This document shows, piece by piece, positions 27,056-37,057 of a stretch of 64,000 nt of DNA. Position 1 is the first letter of the stretch, and each line of letters starts with the position of its first letter. The notes beneath the pieces are model-generated. The model did not search any database. It was not told the DNA's origin and saw only the letters and a program-made list of their open reading frames with translations. The DNA is from an uncultured Vicinamibacteraceae bacterium (GTDB lineage: Bacteria; Acidobacteriota; Vicinamibacteria; Vicinamibacterales; UBA8438), in assembly GCA_964507425.1 (NCBI GenBank), contig CAZDQD010000118.1, positions 9,461 to 73,460 on the forward strand, written 5' to 3'. Made by a program: the position numbers and the translations under genes.

Positions 27056-27451
27056 ATGACAAAGGCAGCTCTTATTGAGGAGGTCTCGCGCGTTTCTGAT
27101 CTGACTAAGAAACACTCAGAGGTCATCGTCGATACCGTTTTTCGAAGCATAATTGCTGCGTTGCAGCGAGGTGAAAAAATAGAGCTGCGAGGATTTGGAA
27201 GTTTTAGATTGAGACAGCGAGAGCCGAGGAAAGGTCGTAACCCCAAGACTGGCGACCGCGTCGACGTCCCTTCAAAAAGGGTTCCTTATTTTAAGCCGGG
27301 CAAAGATTTGAAGGAATTGATAAACCGGGAGCCTGATTTCGACAGGAAGGTTGTCGTTTCCAACGAGACGGGTCCTAGCGCTTCAATTGAAAATGTTGTG
27401 TCGCCGGAATCGGACGTTGGTTCTTTGCCTGCTCGTGGTATTACTCAGTAG
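27056..27451 (+). CDS. ihfB: Integration host factor beta-like (HU/IHF family) with a C-terminal extension
   Basis: MTKAALIEEV...GEKIELRGFGSFRLRQREPRKGRNPKTGDRVDVPSKRVPYFKPGKDLKELIN closely follows the IHF-beta pattern. The cmk-rpsA-ihfB order matches the arrangement known from Proteobacteria. Confidence 0.85.
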   Translation: MTKAALIEEVSRVSDLTKKHSEVIVDTVFRSIIAALQRGEKIELRGFGSFRLRQREPRKGRNPKTGDRVDVPSKRVPYFKPGKDLKELINREPDFDRKVVVSNETGPSASIENVVSPESDVGSLPARGITQ

Positions 27452-27487
27452 TTCCTTTGTATTAGACACGACTGGAGCCGGCAGCCT

Positions 27488-27988
27488 ATGAAGCGTTTGT
27501 GGGCGCCGTGGAGATTCGAATACGTGACGCGCTCGACGGACGAGGGGCAGCCATGTGTTTTTTGTCAGGCTCTTGATCCGAAAACACCTTCCGACTACAT
27601 TTTGCACCTTGGCGACCATGTTTTTGTTGTTCTTAATAAATATCCGTATAGCAACGGGCACGTCATGGTTGTACTCAGACGTCATGTTGGTAGGATGGAA
27701 GATGCGACACCAGACGAACTACAAGAACTGATCCGTATGACTCGTTTGGCGGAGATGACACTTACCGAGGTCTATCATGCGCACGGGATTAACGTCGGAA
27801 TAAATGTTGGCCGACCGGCCGGCGCCGGTGTGATTGACCATCTGCATGTACATCTTGTCCCGCGTTGGGAGGGCGATACTAACTTTATGTCTGTCGTAGC
27901 CGATACTCGCGTCGTGCCGGAGGACCTGGCCACAAGCTTAAATAGACTGAAGCCTGTGTTTGAACGACTCGTTGAAGTCGATCGTTAA
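27488..27988 (+). CDS. HIT-family nucleotide hydrolase/phosphorylase (Ap4A phosphorylase-like)
   Basis: LWAPWRFEYV at the N-terminus, LNKYPYSNGHVMVV, and the histidine triad HLHVHLVPR. Confidence 0.85.
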   Translation: MKRLWAPWRFEYVTRSTDEGQPCVFCQALDPKTPSDYILHLGDHVFVVLNKYPYSNGHVMVVLRRHVGRMEDATPDELQELIRMTRLAEMTLTEVYHAHGINVGINVGRPAGAGVIDHLHVHLVPRWEGDTNFMSVVADTRVVPEDLATSLNRLKPVFERLVEVDR

Positions 27989-28025
27989 TATGTGTGGTAG
28001 TCGTAACAACGACAGTTCATGTTTC

Positions 28026-29201
28026 TTAGCCTGCTGAGTCAGTAAGAATTTGCTTGGCAATTGTCTGAAGCTGCATGTTGGAGGTGCCTTCGTAAATCTG
28101 ACCGATCTTTGCATCTCTGAATAATTTTTCGACGGGGTAATCCTTTGTGTAACCGAGACCACCGAATAATTGAACAGCTAGCGATGTCACGCGTTCAGCG
28201 ACCTGCGAAGAGAAGAGTTTGGCCATCGCGCCTTCAGTTAAGAATGGCGCACCGGCATCCCGGAGTCTTGCTGCGTTGTATGTAAGGAGACGGGCTGCTT
28301 CTAGGTCAGTTGTAGCCTGCGCCAACTGAAACTGGACGCCCTGGAAGCTGGCAACAGGTCGCCCGAATTGTGTGCGCTGTTGAACGTACGACAAGGCATG
28401 GTCGAGTGCCCCTTGGGCGACTCCGACCATCTGTGCGGCAATGCCGATTCGTCCTTCATTAAGAGTTTGTATGGCAACCTTGTACCCTTCGCCTAAATTG
28501 CCGAGGATGTTGGAAGCTGGTACGCGGCAATCGTCGAGGGTAAGCTCACATGTACTACTTGCTCGTATTCCGAGTTTGTCCTCCTTCTTTCCTATGCTGA
28601 ATCCGGGAGTATTTCGTTCGAGGATGAATGCCGTAATCCCGCGATGACCCGCGTCTGGATTCGCGTTTGCAAAAATGATGAAGAGGTCTGCTTCCTTCGC
28701 ATTTGTGATCCACATCTTTTTGCCATTGAGAACAAAATGATTGCCGTCCGGCACAGCGCGGGTTGATAGCGAAAAAGCGTCGCTACCTGAGTCAGATTCA
28801 GACAATGCGTAGGCGCCAATGGATTGTGCGGCAAGCTGTGGCAGGAAACGTTGCTGTAGTTCTGTCGTGCCCCAACGTAGAAAGGCATTAATGACGAGCG
28901 TATTTTGAACATCAACTAAGACGCCGATCGAAGGATCGACTTTTGATAGTTCCTCAACGCTGAGTATGGAAAGAAAAAAATGACCTTCGGCACCACCCAG
29001 TCGTTCAGGAATTTCAATGCCCATAATGCCAAGCTGGAATAATTGCCGGATAAGCGACGATGGGATCTCAGCTTTTTCGTCCATCGATTTTACCAAGGGA
29101 GCTAAATCTGACTGCGCAAATTTTCGTATGTTGAGACGCAGAAGTTCTTCTTCGTCGGTTAAATGGGTCAACGGTGTCTGGTGTTCCTTGGTGCTACTCA
29201 T
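28026..29201 (-). CDS. Acyl-CoA dehydrogenase, short-chain type
   Basis: Typical ACAD blocks are GAYALSESDSGSDA, KMWITNA, GIAAQMVGVAQGALD and IYEGTSNMQLQTIAKQIL (catalytic Glu context). Confidence 0.9.
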   Translation of the reverse strand: MSSTKEHQTPLTHLTDEEELLRLNIRKFAQSDLAPLVKSMDEKAEIPSSLIRQLFQLGIMGIEIPERLGGAEGHFFLSILSVEELSKVDPSIGVLVDVQNTLVINAFLRWGTTELQQRFLPQLAAQSIGAYALSESDSGSDAFSLSTRAVPDGNHFVLNGKKMWITNAKEADLFIIFANANPDAGHRGITAFILERNTPGFSIGKKEDKLGIRASSTCELTLDDCRVPASNILGNLGEGYKVAIQTLNEGRIGIAAQMVGVAQGALDHALSYVQQRTQFGRPVASFQGVQFQLAQATTDLEAARLLTYNAARLRDAGAPFLTEGAMAKLFSSQVAERVTSLAVQLFGGLGYTKDYPVEKLFRDAKIGQIYEGTSNMQLQTIAKQILTDSAG

Positions 29202-29318
29202 GGCGGCGTTTCATTGGTCGACCGACGGGCGGTATGCCAGCTGAACGTAGAGGGGCGATACGATGCCTCAACTCGATGCTATCATGTCAGCTGGGCGTGC
29301 GTGACCGAGGTTTTTATT

Positions 29319-31412
29319 ATGAAGCGCTTATTGTTCCTTTCGTTCTGTTTGCTATTGGTGGTAGCCGTGGGTGTGGCAGAGCAGCCACCACCGCAGGAGC
29401 CAGCTTTGGCGGAGCAGGAGGCCGAGGCAGCGGGAACGTCGGGTCAGCAGGCACCGATCTTCAGAAGCGGGATTAACTATATTCGAGTTGATGTTATTGC
29501 GCGGGATGAAAACGGAAATCCCGTTTTAGATCTTGCGATTGATGACTTTGAGGTGTACGAGGACGGCGTCGCTCAAGAGGTTGATTCGTTTGAGCTCATC
29601 GAGGTCGACCTGTTACCTGAGCTCGGTGACGACCCGGTGATTCCGATAGGAATAACAAGAGCAGATCAAGAGCTGGCCGCTTCTCAGGCGGATGTCAGGC
29701 TTTTTGTGATTTTTCTTGACGACTATCACGTGCGAGAGGGAAATGGCATACGTGCGAGAAGGATGATCGTTGACTTTCTTGAAAATGATTTGCTCCCGAC
29801 TGATCTGGTAGGGGTGATGTATCCGCTTATGCCTTTGGACGACGTTCGGTTAACGCGCAACCATCAGGCGGTCATCAATGCAGTTAGTCAATTTAGAGGG
29901 ATTAAGTACAACTATGAAGTCCGCAATAATTATGAGGCTATGTACAACCAGTACCCGACGGAGACTGTTGAACGAATTCGAAATGATGTTTCGTTGTCTG
30001 CCCTGCGAGGCCTCATGGTTCGTCTGGGTGGACTGAGGGAGGGACGGAAATCTGTCGTGGTCGTAAGTGAAGGTTATACCTATTACGTTCCGCCGCAGCT
30101 CAGGAGTGAGAGCGCCGACATGCCAGTTGACCCTAGCGTTAACCCTGCGAGGTTCGATCCTGAGGCTGGCGACAGCGGATATGAGACTTCCCGGTCTTTT
30201 TTTAGTGAAGCCGCCATGATGCAAGACTTGCAACGGTTGTTTCAGACAGCCAATCGTTTTAATACCTCGCTTTACACTGTCGACCCTAGAGGGCTGGCGG
30301 TTTTTGAGTTTGATGTTGACCAGCCCACTGTCAGCATTGATACAAATCGGAGGGAACTTCGACGAACGCAAGACACTCTTCGAATGTTGGCAGAAGAAAC
30401 TGACGGTCGTGCGATTGTGAATCAGAACGATCTCCGACCTGGACTCGAGCAAATGCTGAGCGATTCCAGTTCCTATTACCTTCTGGGCTATACATCGAGT
30501 CTTGAGGCAACTGATGGTGAGTTTCATGAGATTGATGTACGTGTGAAGCGTGAAGGTGTGCGTGTGCGTGCTCGGCCAGGCTACTGGGCCGTAACTGAAC
30601 GCGACGTGGAGCGTTCTCTTCGGACCCGTGTGAATGAACCACCACGGGCAGTTGATTTAGCACTCGATGCACTAGCTGAGCCGAGGCGTGGGCGTCTGAT
30701 ACGAACTTTGGTTGGTACCACGCGGGGAGAAAATGGAAAGACAAACGTTACTTTTGTCTGGGAACCTGTTCAGGAGCGAGGAAGGCGTGAGTCAGCCTCG
30801 CGAGTTCTTTTAACGGCAATGGGGGACAACGGTTCGGCCTATTTTCGAGGACGCGTTCCCGAACAGCGGCGAGCCGGTCGTGGTGTTGCTTCTGCAAGTG
30901 CTCTCGACGGAGACCGGTCGTCTCTCTCTTTCGTTGAGTTTGAAGTGGACCCTGGAAATATGCAACTGAGTCTTGCCATCGAGGGTGACGGTGGTGAAGT
31001 ACTCGACAGGGATTTGGCTGAATTTGTCATTCCTGATTTCACCGCTCCAGAAGTAATCTTTAGTACACCTGTGTTTGTTCGTGCGCGAAATGCGATGGAA
31101 TATCGAGAGGTGGTTGACGATTGGAATGTGCAACCCACCGCTTCAAGGATTTTCCGACGAACTGACCTACTTATGCTTAGGTTTCATGCGTACGCACCTG
31201 GACAGGCGATTCCCGAACTTGAGGTGAACTTACTTAACCGTAGCGGAGACCTAATGTTTCCGCTAGAGGTTCGTCGGGTTGATGATGGGAGTGCCTACCA
31301 GGTGGAATTGATGCCGTCTTTTCTTGCGCCAGCCGAATACATAGTGGAACTCAAAGCTGAGACTTCGGAAAGTGAAGCAACGGAGCTTGTCGCATTTCGG
31401 TTGGGGAGCTAA
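29319..31412 (+). CDS. Secreted VWA-domain protein with the VWFA-related N-terminal domain common in Acidobacteriota
   Basis: ATG at 29319 gives signal peptide MKRLLFLSFCLLLVVAVGVA. The block FRSGINYIRVDVIARDENGNPVLDLAIDDFEVYEDGVAQEVDSFE matches the pattern I know from acidobacterial VWFA-related proteins, and a VWA-like core follows. The track ORF start at 29163 overlaps the divergent ACAD gene and is unlikely. Confidence 0.75.
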   Translation: MKRLLFLSFCLLLVVAVGVAEQPPPQEPALAEQEAEAAGTSGQQAPIFRSGINYIRVDVIARDENGNPVLDLAIDDFEVYEDGVAQEVDSFELIEVDLLPELGDDPVIPIGITRADQELAASQADVRLFVIFLDDYHVREGNGIRARRMIVDFLENDLLPTDLVGVMYPLMPLDDVRLTRNHQAVINAVSQFRGIKYNYEVRNNYEAMYNQYPTETVERIRNDVSLSALRGLMVRLGGLREGRKSVVVVSEGYTYYVPPQLRSESADMPVDPSVNPARFDPEAGDSGYETSRSFFSEAAMMQDLQRLFQTANRFNTSLYTVDPRGLAVFEFDVDQPTVSIDTNRRELRRTQDTLRMLAEETDGRAIVNQNDLRPGLEQMLSDSSSYYLLGYTSSLEATDGEFHEIDVRVKREGVRVRARPGYWAVTERDVERSLRTRVNEPPRAVDLALDALAEPRRGRLIRTLVGTTRGENGKTNVTFVWEPVQERGRRESASRVLLTAMGDNGSAYFRGRVPEQRRAGRGVASASALDGDRSSLSFVEFEVDPGNMQLSLAIEGDGGEVLDRDLAEFVIPDFTAPEVIFSTPVFVRARNAMEYREVVDDWNVQPTASRIFRRTDLLMLRFHAYAPGQAIPELEVNLLNRSGDLMFPLEVRRVDDGSAYQVELMPSFLAPAEYIVELKAETSESEATELVAFRLGS

Positions 31413-31420
31413 CACGCCGT

Positions 31421-33037
31421 ATGTCCTTTTCTCAAAAGAAAACTCCGCCCACAACGGAGCTATCGGAGTCCGCGTCTGGTCGTCCGATTAAATCGCTATA
31501 CGTTGCGGAGGATCTGGAAGGGCTTAACTATAGTGAGCACTTGGGCGATCCAGGTGAATTTCCATTTACCAGAGGCATTCACGAGACCGGTTACATTGGA
31601 AAACTCTGGACGATGCGACAATTTTCTGGTTTTGGGACGCCAGAAGAAACGAACTGTCGGTATAAAGAATTATTAAGTGCTGGTGGAACAGGGCTTAGCG
31701 TTGCTTTTGATCTTCCGACACTCATGGGTCGTGATCCTGACGATGAGATGTCCGCTGGCGAGGTGGGAAAGTGTGGTGTGAGTGGCGCGTGTCTGGATGA
31801 TATGCGCGGCCTATTCGTTGGTATTCCTCTCGGCGAGATTACGACGTCGATGACGATTAACTCGCCAGCAGCAGTTATTTTCGCGATGTATTTAGTTGTA
31901 GCCGAGGAAAACGGAGTTAGTTGGAAAGATCTTTCCGGTACGCTGCAAAACGACATACTCAAGGAATATATTGCACAGAAGGAGTACATCTATCCTCCGA
32001 AGCCGTCAATGCGTCTGGTTACAGATGTGTTTTCGTTTTGCTCGGACTACGTTCCGCGATGGAACACTATTTCAGTGAGTGGGTATCACATTAGAGAGGC
32101 TGGATCGACTGCGCTTCAAGAACTCGCTTTCACCCTTCGCAATGGCATCGAGTACGTTGAGTTTGGGATGCGGTCTGGTTTGCGTCCCGAGCAGTTTGTT
32201 CCGAGGATGTCTTTCTTTTTTAACGCGCACAACGACTTTTTTGAGGAGATCGCAAAATATCGGGCGGCGCGGAAGCTTTGGGCGACTGTTATGAAAAATC
32301 GGTTCGGTTGTACGGATCCTCGGTCGCTAAAGCTTAGATTCCACGCCCAAACGGCTGGCGTTTCTCTCACCGCGCAGCAGCCCTACAACAATGTCGTTCG
32401 AACGGCCCTTCAGGCGCTAGCTGCTGTTCTTGGGGGTGCCAATTCATTGCACACGAATGGACTCGACGAAGCATTATCACTGCCTACGAAGGAGGCGGCT
32501 CTCATAGCGTTAAGAACACAGCAAATAATCGCTCACGAAAGTGAGGTCGTGAATGTTAAGGATCCGCTCGGTGGTTCCTATTATTTGGAAGCGCTAACTC
32601 GAGACCTTGAAACCGGTGCGGTGGAATATTTCAACCAGATTGACGAGATGGGAGGCATGATTCCGGCAATAGAACAGGGTTATCCGCAGCGTGAAATTGC
32701 TCAGAGCGCGTACGGTTCCCAGCAGGCAGTAGAGTCAGGCGCATGCTCTGTAATCGGTGTCAACCGGTATGTAGATGAATCGAAACAGACTGTACCGACG
32801 TTATACATAGACGAAGGTATCGCTGACGAACAATGCAACCGTATCCGGCGGCTAAGATCTATCCGTAACAATCGTCAGGTGTCTTTGTCCTTAGACGAAC
32901 TGCGGAGAGCTGCCGAGGGAAAAGATAATCTCATGCCGTTTCTGCTAGAGGCAGTCCGCGCGGACGCTACTCTCGGTGAGATCTGCGATGCTATGCGCGA
33001 TGTGTGGGGCGAATATGAGGAAACTCCGTTCGTGTGA
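31421..33037 (+). CDS. B12-dependent acyl-CoA mutase, large (substrate-binding TIM-barrel) subunit
   Basis: FPFTRGIH, LWTMRQFSGFGTPEETN, GLSVAFDLPTLMGRDPDD, NDILKEYIAQKEYIYPP, SVSGYHIREAG and NNVVRTALQALAAVLGG are collinear with methylmalonyl/isobutyryl-CoA mutase catalytic domains. See the finding on the Phe68/Gln186 signature. Confidence 0.9.
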   Translation: MSFSQKKTPPTTELSESASGRPIKSLYVAEDLEGLNYSEHLGDPGEFPFTRGIHETGYIGKLWTMRQFSGFGTPEETNCRYKELLSAGGTGLSVAFDLPTLMGRDPDDEMSAGEVGKCGVSGACLDDMRGLFVGIPLGEITTSMTINSPAAVIFAMYLVVAEENGVSWKDLSGTLQNDILKEYIAQKEYIYPPKPSMRLVTDVFSFCSDYVPRWNTISVSGYHIREAGSTALQELAFTLRNGIEYVEFGMRSGLRPEQFVPRMSFFFNAHNDFFEEIAKYRAARKLWATVMKNRFGCTDPRSLKLRFHAQTAGVSLTAQQPYNNVVRTALQALAAVLGGANSLHTNGLDEALSLPTKEAALIALRTQQIIAHESEVVNVKDPLGGSYYLEALTRDLETGAVEYFNQIDEMGGMIPAIEQGYPQREIAQSAYGSQQAVESGACSVIGVNRYVDESKQTVPTLYIDEGIADEQCNRIRRLRSIRNNRQVSLSLDELRRAAEGKDNLMPFLLEAVRADATLGEICDAMRDVWGEYEETPFV

Positions 33038-33064
33038 CACAATTAATAGTGATGGCTGTGAAGT

Positions 33065-33472
33065 ATGCGTAAAGTACGGGTCGTTATCGCCAAGCCAGGT
33101 CTAGACGGGCATGACCGCGGTGCTAAGGTGATTGCTCGATCACTTCGCGATGCTGGTATGGAAGTTGTGTACACCGGTCTTCGGCAGAGTCCGGAACAGA
33201 TTGTCGGATCGGCCTTGCAGGAAGATGCGGATGTCATTGGTATATCCATTCTATCCGGCGCGCACAACCACATTTGTCCTCGTATTATGAATTTACTTGC
33301 CGAAAATGGACTCGGTGATGTGCTCGTGGTTATCGGAGGGATTATTCCTGATGCTGATGTTCCGGGGTTGGAGAAGATCGGGATTAAAGGAATTTTCCAG
33401 CCTGGCACATCGATGCAGGTTATCGTTGATTTCATTAGGGACAACGTGCGGTCTGAACGGAAGGCTTTGTAG
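33065..33472 (+). CDS. Acyl-CoA mutase small subunit (cobalamin-binding domain)
   Basis: [34 protein letters not shown] carries the DxHxxG base-off/His-on motif. The block VIGGIIP...[10 protein letters not shown] follows. Length is 135 aa. Confidence 0.9.
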   Translation: MRKVRVVIAKPGLDGHDRGAKVIARSLRDAGMEVVYTGLRQSPEQIVGSALQEDADVIGISILSGAHNHICPRIMNLLAENGLGDVLVVIGGIIPDADVPGLEKIGIKGIFQPGTSMQVIVDFIRDNVRSERKAL

Positions 33473-33526
33473 TCGGCTCCATGCCATCTTGACTGGCTAG
33501 AAGGTGGCGGATACTCTCCGAGGGTT

Positions 33527-34324
33527 ATGTCTTACAAGCTGCTACTTGCGGATGACAGTTCTACAGTGCAGCGCGTCATTCAACTTACTTTTGCCGACGA
33601 ATCTATTGACGTTATAGCTGTTGGTGATGGTGACCAGGCAATCGATTCTGTGAAGCGTGAAATGCCAGATATTGTTTTGGCGGATGTGAGCATGCCTGGT
33701 AAGGATGGATATGAAGTTGCTTCGTATCTCAGGTCCGATCCGGAACTGACGAACGTGCCTGTTGTGTTACTTACGGGAGCTTTTGAACCGCTGGATGAGT
33801 TGAGGGCCAGCGAAGTGGGTTGCAGTGGTGTGCTGATGAAGCCGCTTGAGCCCAAGCAGGTTGTCCGAGCGGTGAAAGAATTGCTTGGCGTTCGAGCTCA
33901 GGCAACAAGGGATCCTTCTTTAACGGAGGTTTCTCGTGCCTCTCCAATTTCACCATCGACGGACCCGATTTTACGGAAAGAACCTGTTGATGTTTCGATA
34001 TCAGATAGAAAGGAAGGCCTGGAAACCGTTAGTTGCCCTGAGTCTGAGATGAACCATCATGTGGCTGTGTTGTCCGAATCGGAATCACAGAGATGGCAAA
34101 CGAAAGGGCTACTTACAAAGGCGTTCTTTAGATTTTTGTCCGTGGAGCAAGGTTCTATGTCACGCGTAGCCGTGAATGAGGAAATGTTCAAGGCCGTTGT
34201 AGACCAGGTTGTTGGCCAGATGACAGATTCGGTCGTACGTGAAACTACCGCGGATATAGTGTCGAAAGTTGCAGAGCGTCTCGTTCGTGACAGGATACGG
34301 CGTTTTAGTAACGACGTCACTTAA
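33527..34324 (+). CDS. Response regulator: receiver domain plus a C-terminal region of about 130 aa that I cannot assign
   Basis: KLLLADDSSTVQRVIQLTF...PDIVLADVSMPGKDGYEV...PVVLLTGAFEP...LMKPLEP is a canonical REC domain with the phospho-acceptor Asp in LADVSMPG. The C-terminal part has no motif I recognise. Confidence 0.8.
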   Translation: MSYKLLLADDSSTVQRVIQLTFADESIDVIAVGDGDQAIDSVKREMPDIVLADVSMPGKDGYEVASYLRSDPELTNVPVVLLTGAFEPLDELRASEVGCSGVLMKPLEPKQVVRAVKELLGVRAQATRDPSLTEVSRASPISPSTDPILRKEPVDVSISDRKEGLETVSCPESEMNHHVAVLSESESQRWQTKGLLTKAFFRFLSVEQGSMSRVAVNEEMFKAVVDQVVGQMTDSVVRETTADIVSKVAERLVRDRIRRFSNDVT

Positions 34325-34390
34325 TCCTTCGTGTAGGTGCGGCCGCTTTAGGACCGTGTTGCTTTCTTCCTCCTGATACGATCTCAAGAT

Positions 34391-37057
34391 ATGCGCGAAC
34401 TAACTAAAGTGTTTGATCACGTGACCGTCGACCCGAAGTGGTATGCCTATTGGGAGAAGATCGGCGCTTTTCGTGCCGTCCCGGATTCAGATAGGCCAGC
34501 GTTCAGCATGGTGTTGCCGCCCCCTAACGTAACCGGCTGGCTCCATATTGGGCATGCACTGAATCAAACCCTTCCGGATGTTGTTGCCCGTTGGAAGCGC
34601 ATGCAAGGCTTTGATGTGCTTTGGCTTCCAGGAACAGATCACGCCGGGATCGCCACACAAAATGTTGTTGAAAAGCAACTAGCGGCGGAAGGCAAGACTC
34701 GCCATGATCTTGGCCGGGAGGATTTTGAGGCTCGGATTTGGACCTGGGTTGAAAAAAGTCACGACACGATTACAAGTCAGATGCGGCAGCTTGGATCGTC
34801 GGTTGATTGGTCGCGTGAACGCTTTACCCTTGACGAAAATCTGTCACGTGCTGTCAGGCGAGTATTCGTGAAGCTGTACGAAGATGGTTTGGTTTACCGC
34901 GGCACATATCTTGTTAGTTGGTGTCCACGATGTCGCACAGCACTATCTGATTTGGAAGTTGTACATAAATCAGCCCGTGGCACGTTGTATTTTGTTCGCT
35001 ACCAAGGAGTTAATGGAGGGAGTGGCGTCGTGGTCGCCACCACGCGTCCTGAGACGATGCTCGGTGATACTGCGGTTGCTGTACATCCTGAGGATCCACG
35101 TTACCGAAACCTTATTGGGAAGAAATTGTTGCTTCCAATTGTTAATCGGGAACTCGCCGTAATCGCTGACGAGTTTGTCGATCCAGAATTTGGAACGGGT
35201 GCGGTGAAGGTTACCCCGGCGCATGATCCCAATGATTTTGACATGGGCCAGCGGCATGGCCTGGCACAGATATCCGTTATTGACGAAGATGGTCGGATGT
35301 CGAGTAATGCCGGTTCCTATGCTGGTCAAGATCGTTTTGCAGCTCGGGAGTTAATAGTCGCGTCTCTGGACGGTGACGAGATTTTGGAGAAGACAGAAGA
35401 GCACGAACATTCGGTTGGACATTGTGAACGGTGTGGAACCGTGGTCGAGCCCTTATTGTCGAAACAGTGGTTCGTTCGTATCAAACCGTTAGCAGAGCGC
35501 GCTGTTCAAGCGGTTCAAGACGGTGAAACGACGTTTTCACCTGACAATTGGACCAAAATTTACAACGAGTGGATGAATAACATTCACGATTGGTGTATTT
35601 CCCGCCAGTTGTGGTGGGGACATCGGATTCCAGCATGGTATTGCGATCAATGTGAGGCTGTTTATGTGGCCGAGACGGAGCCTGATGTATGTGAGTGCGG
35701 TTCAGCTTTACGTCAGGAAACGGACGTCCTTGACACTTGGTTCAGTTCTGGTCTCTGGCCGTTTAGCACACTGGGTTGGCCCGATGATACCGAGGACCTT
35801 CGTCGTTACTACCCAACGAGTCTGCTGATTACCGCTCATGACATTATCTTTTTCTGGGTTGCGCGAATGATGATGCTCGGCATTTGGTTTAGGCAGGATG
35901 TGCCGTTTCGTGCTGTTTATATCACGTCGCTCGTACGAGATGCGCACGGCCAAAAGATGAGTAAGTCGAAGGGCAATGTGGTCGATCCTTTGGAACTTAT
36001 GGGTGAGATTGGGGCAGATGCTTTCAGATTCACCCTTGCTGCGTTGGCCTCTCCAGGAATGGACATTTCACTTTCTGAAGGACGGTTGCGAGCGTATCGT
36101 CAGTTCATCAATAAGATTTGGAATGCATCACGCTTTGTCTTAATGAATCTTAATGAGAATATGAAGGTCCGACCGGACGTTCCACCTTCTGATGAGTTGG
36201 ATCTGATTCATAAATGGATACTGCATCGAACGAGTGCACTTGCGGTTGAGGTTGACAGCGCCTTAAGCAGTTATCGATTTGACGTCGCGGCTGATCGGTT
36301 GTACCACTTTTTCTGGCATGAGTATGCAGATTGGTATATCGAGTTAGTTAAGCCAGCGCTCCAAGGATCGGACGAGGAGCGCGTGCCTGCTCTCGCAGTG
36401 TTATTGGAAGTTCATGATCGAACCTTGCGGATGCTTCATCCGTTTATCCCATTCGTTACAGAGGAGATTTGGCAGGTTCTGCCTCCGTGCGAAGATGACC
36501 GCCTTTCGTTTGGGGATGAAAGCCGGACCATTACGCGGTCTGCCTATCCAACGGCTGTGCCACATTGGCAAAATGATGACGCTGTAGCCACGATGCAGTT
36601 GTTGCAAGATGTCGTCACTGTTGTAAGAACTGTCCGTTCAGAATGGGGTGTGCCGCCGTCAAATCGAATCACGGCGGTAATACAGGGGGCTAGCGACGAC
36701 ATAGTTGCGACATTAAGAACTCATAGGGTGCATGTCGTAACCCTGTGTGGTTTGTCGGTACTTGAATTTGCAGATCAGGTGCCTAGAAACCCAGAGACTG
36801 TGCGTCGAGTAATCCGTGAATTTGAGGTCCATGTCCCATTGCAGGGAATCGTTGATAGGGATAAGGAAAGGGAACGTGTCACGCGTGAGCTGGAGAAGTT
36901 GGTCAAGCAACGGAAAGGGCTAATTGCGCGCTTGTCAAACGAGTCATTTATTAAGAAGGCGGACCCAGATGTTGTTCGTGAGACCCGCGAGATGGAGCGT
37001 GATGTTGGCAAGCGTCAGGAGAAACTTGAGCTAATTATTGCGGAGCTGGCAAGTTGA
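34391..37057 (+). CDS. valS: Valine--tRNA ligase
   Basis: PPPNVTGWLHIGHAL (HIGH), KMSKSKGNVVDP (KMSKS), the editing-domain block TTRPETMLGDTAVAVHPED, and a C-terminal coiled coil. Confidence 0.95.
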   Translation: MRELTKVFDHVTVDPKWYAYWEKIGAFRAVPDSDRPAFSMVLPPPNVTGWLHIGHALNQTLPDVVARWKRMQGFDVLWLPGTDHAGIATQNVVEKQLAAEGKTRHDLGREDFEARIWTWVEKSHDTITSQMRQLGSSVDWSRERFTLDENLSRAVRRVFVKLYEDGLVYRGTYLVSWCPRCRTALSDLEVVHKSARGTLYFVRYQGVNGGSGVVVATTRPETMLGDTAVAVHPEDPRYRNLIGKKLLLPIVNRELAVIADEFVDPEFGTGAVKVTPAHDPNDFDMGQRHGLAQISVIDEDGRMSSNAGSYAGQDRFAARELIVASLDGDEILEKTEEHEHSVGHCERCGTVVEPLLSKQWFVRIKPLAERAVQAVQDGETTFSPDNWTKIYNEWMNNIHDWCISRQLWWGHRIPAWYCDQCEAVYVAETEPDVCECGSALRQETDVLDTWFSSGLWPFSTLGWPDDTEDLRRYYPTSLLITAHDIIFFWVARMMMLGIWFRQDVPFRAVYITSLVRDAHGQKMSKSKGNVVDPLELMGEIGADAFRFTLAALASPGMDISLSEGRLRAYRQFINKIWNASRFVLMNLNENMKVRPDVPPSDELDLIHKWILHRTSALAVEVDSALSSYRFDVAADRLYHFFWHEYADWYIELVKPALQGSDEERVPALAVLLEVHDRTLRMLHPFIPFVTEEIWQVLPPCEDDRLSFGDESRTITRSAYPTAVPHWQNDDAVATMQLLQDVVTVVRTVRSEWGVPPSNRITAVIQGASDDIVATLRTHRVHVVTLCGLSVLEFADQVPRNPETVRRVIREFEVHVPLQGIVDRDKERERVTRELEKLVKQRKGLIARLSNESFIKKADPDVVRETREMERDVGKRQEKLELIIAELAS

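Noticed and set aside
29850-30527. Long antisense ORFs, such as 29850..30527 minus, 37572..38102 minus, 58968..59411 minus, 52050..52499 minus and 26212..26610 minus.
   Set aside because: Each lies entirely inside a well-supported gene on the other strand (VWA protein, nadC/birA, meaB, dnaK, rpsA). Their translations are low-complexity Ser/Arg/Pro-rich strings, typical of shadow ORFs.
31413-31420. Cobalamin riboswitch ahead of the B12-dependent mutase genes.
   Set aside because: Only 8 nt separate the mutase large-subunit gene from the upstream VWA gene, so there is no room for a riboswitch.
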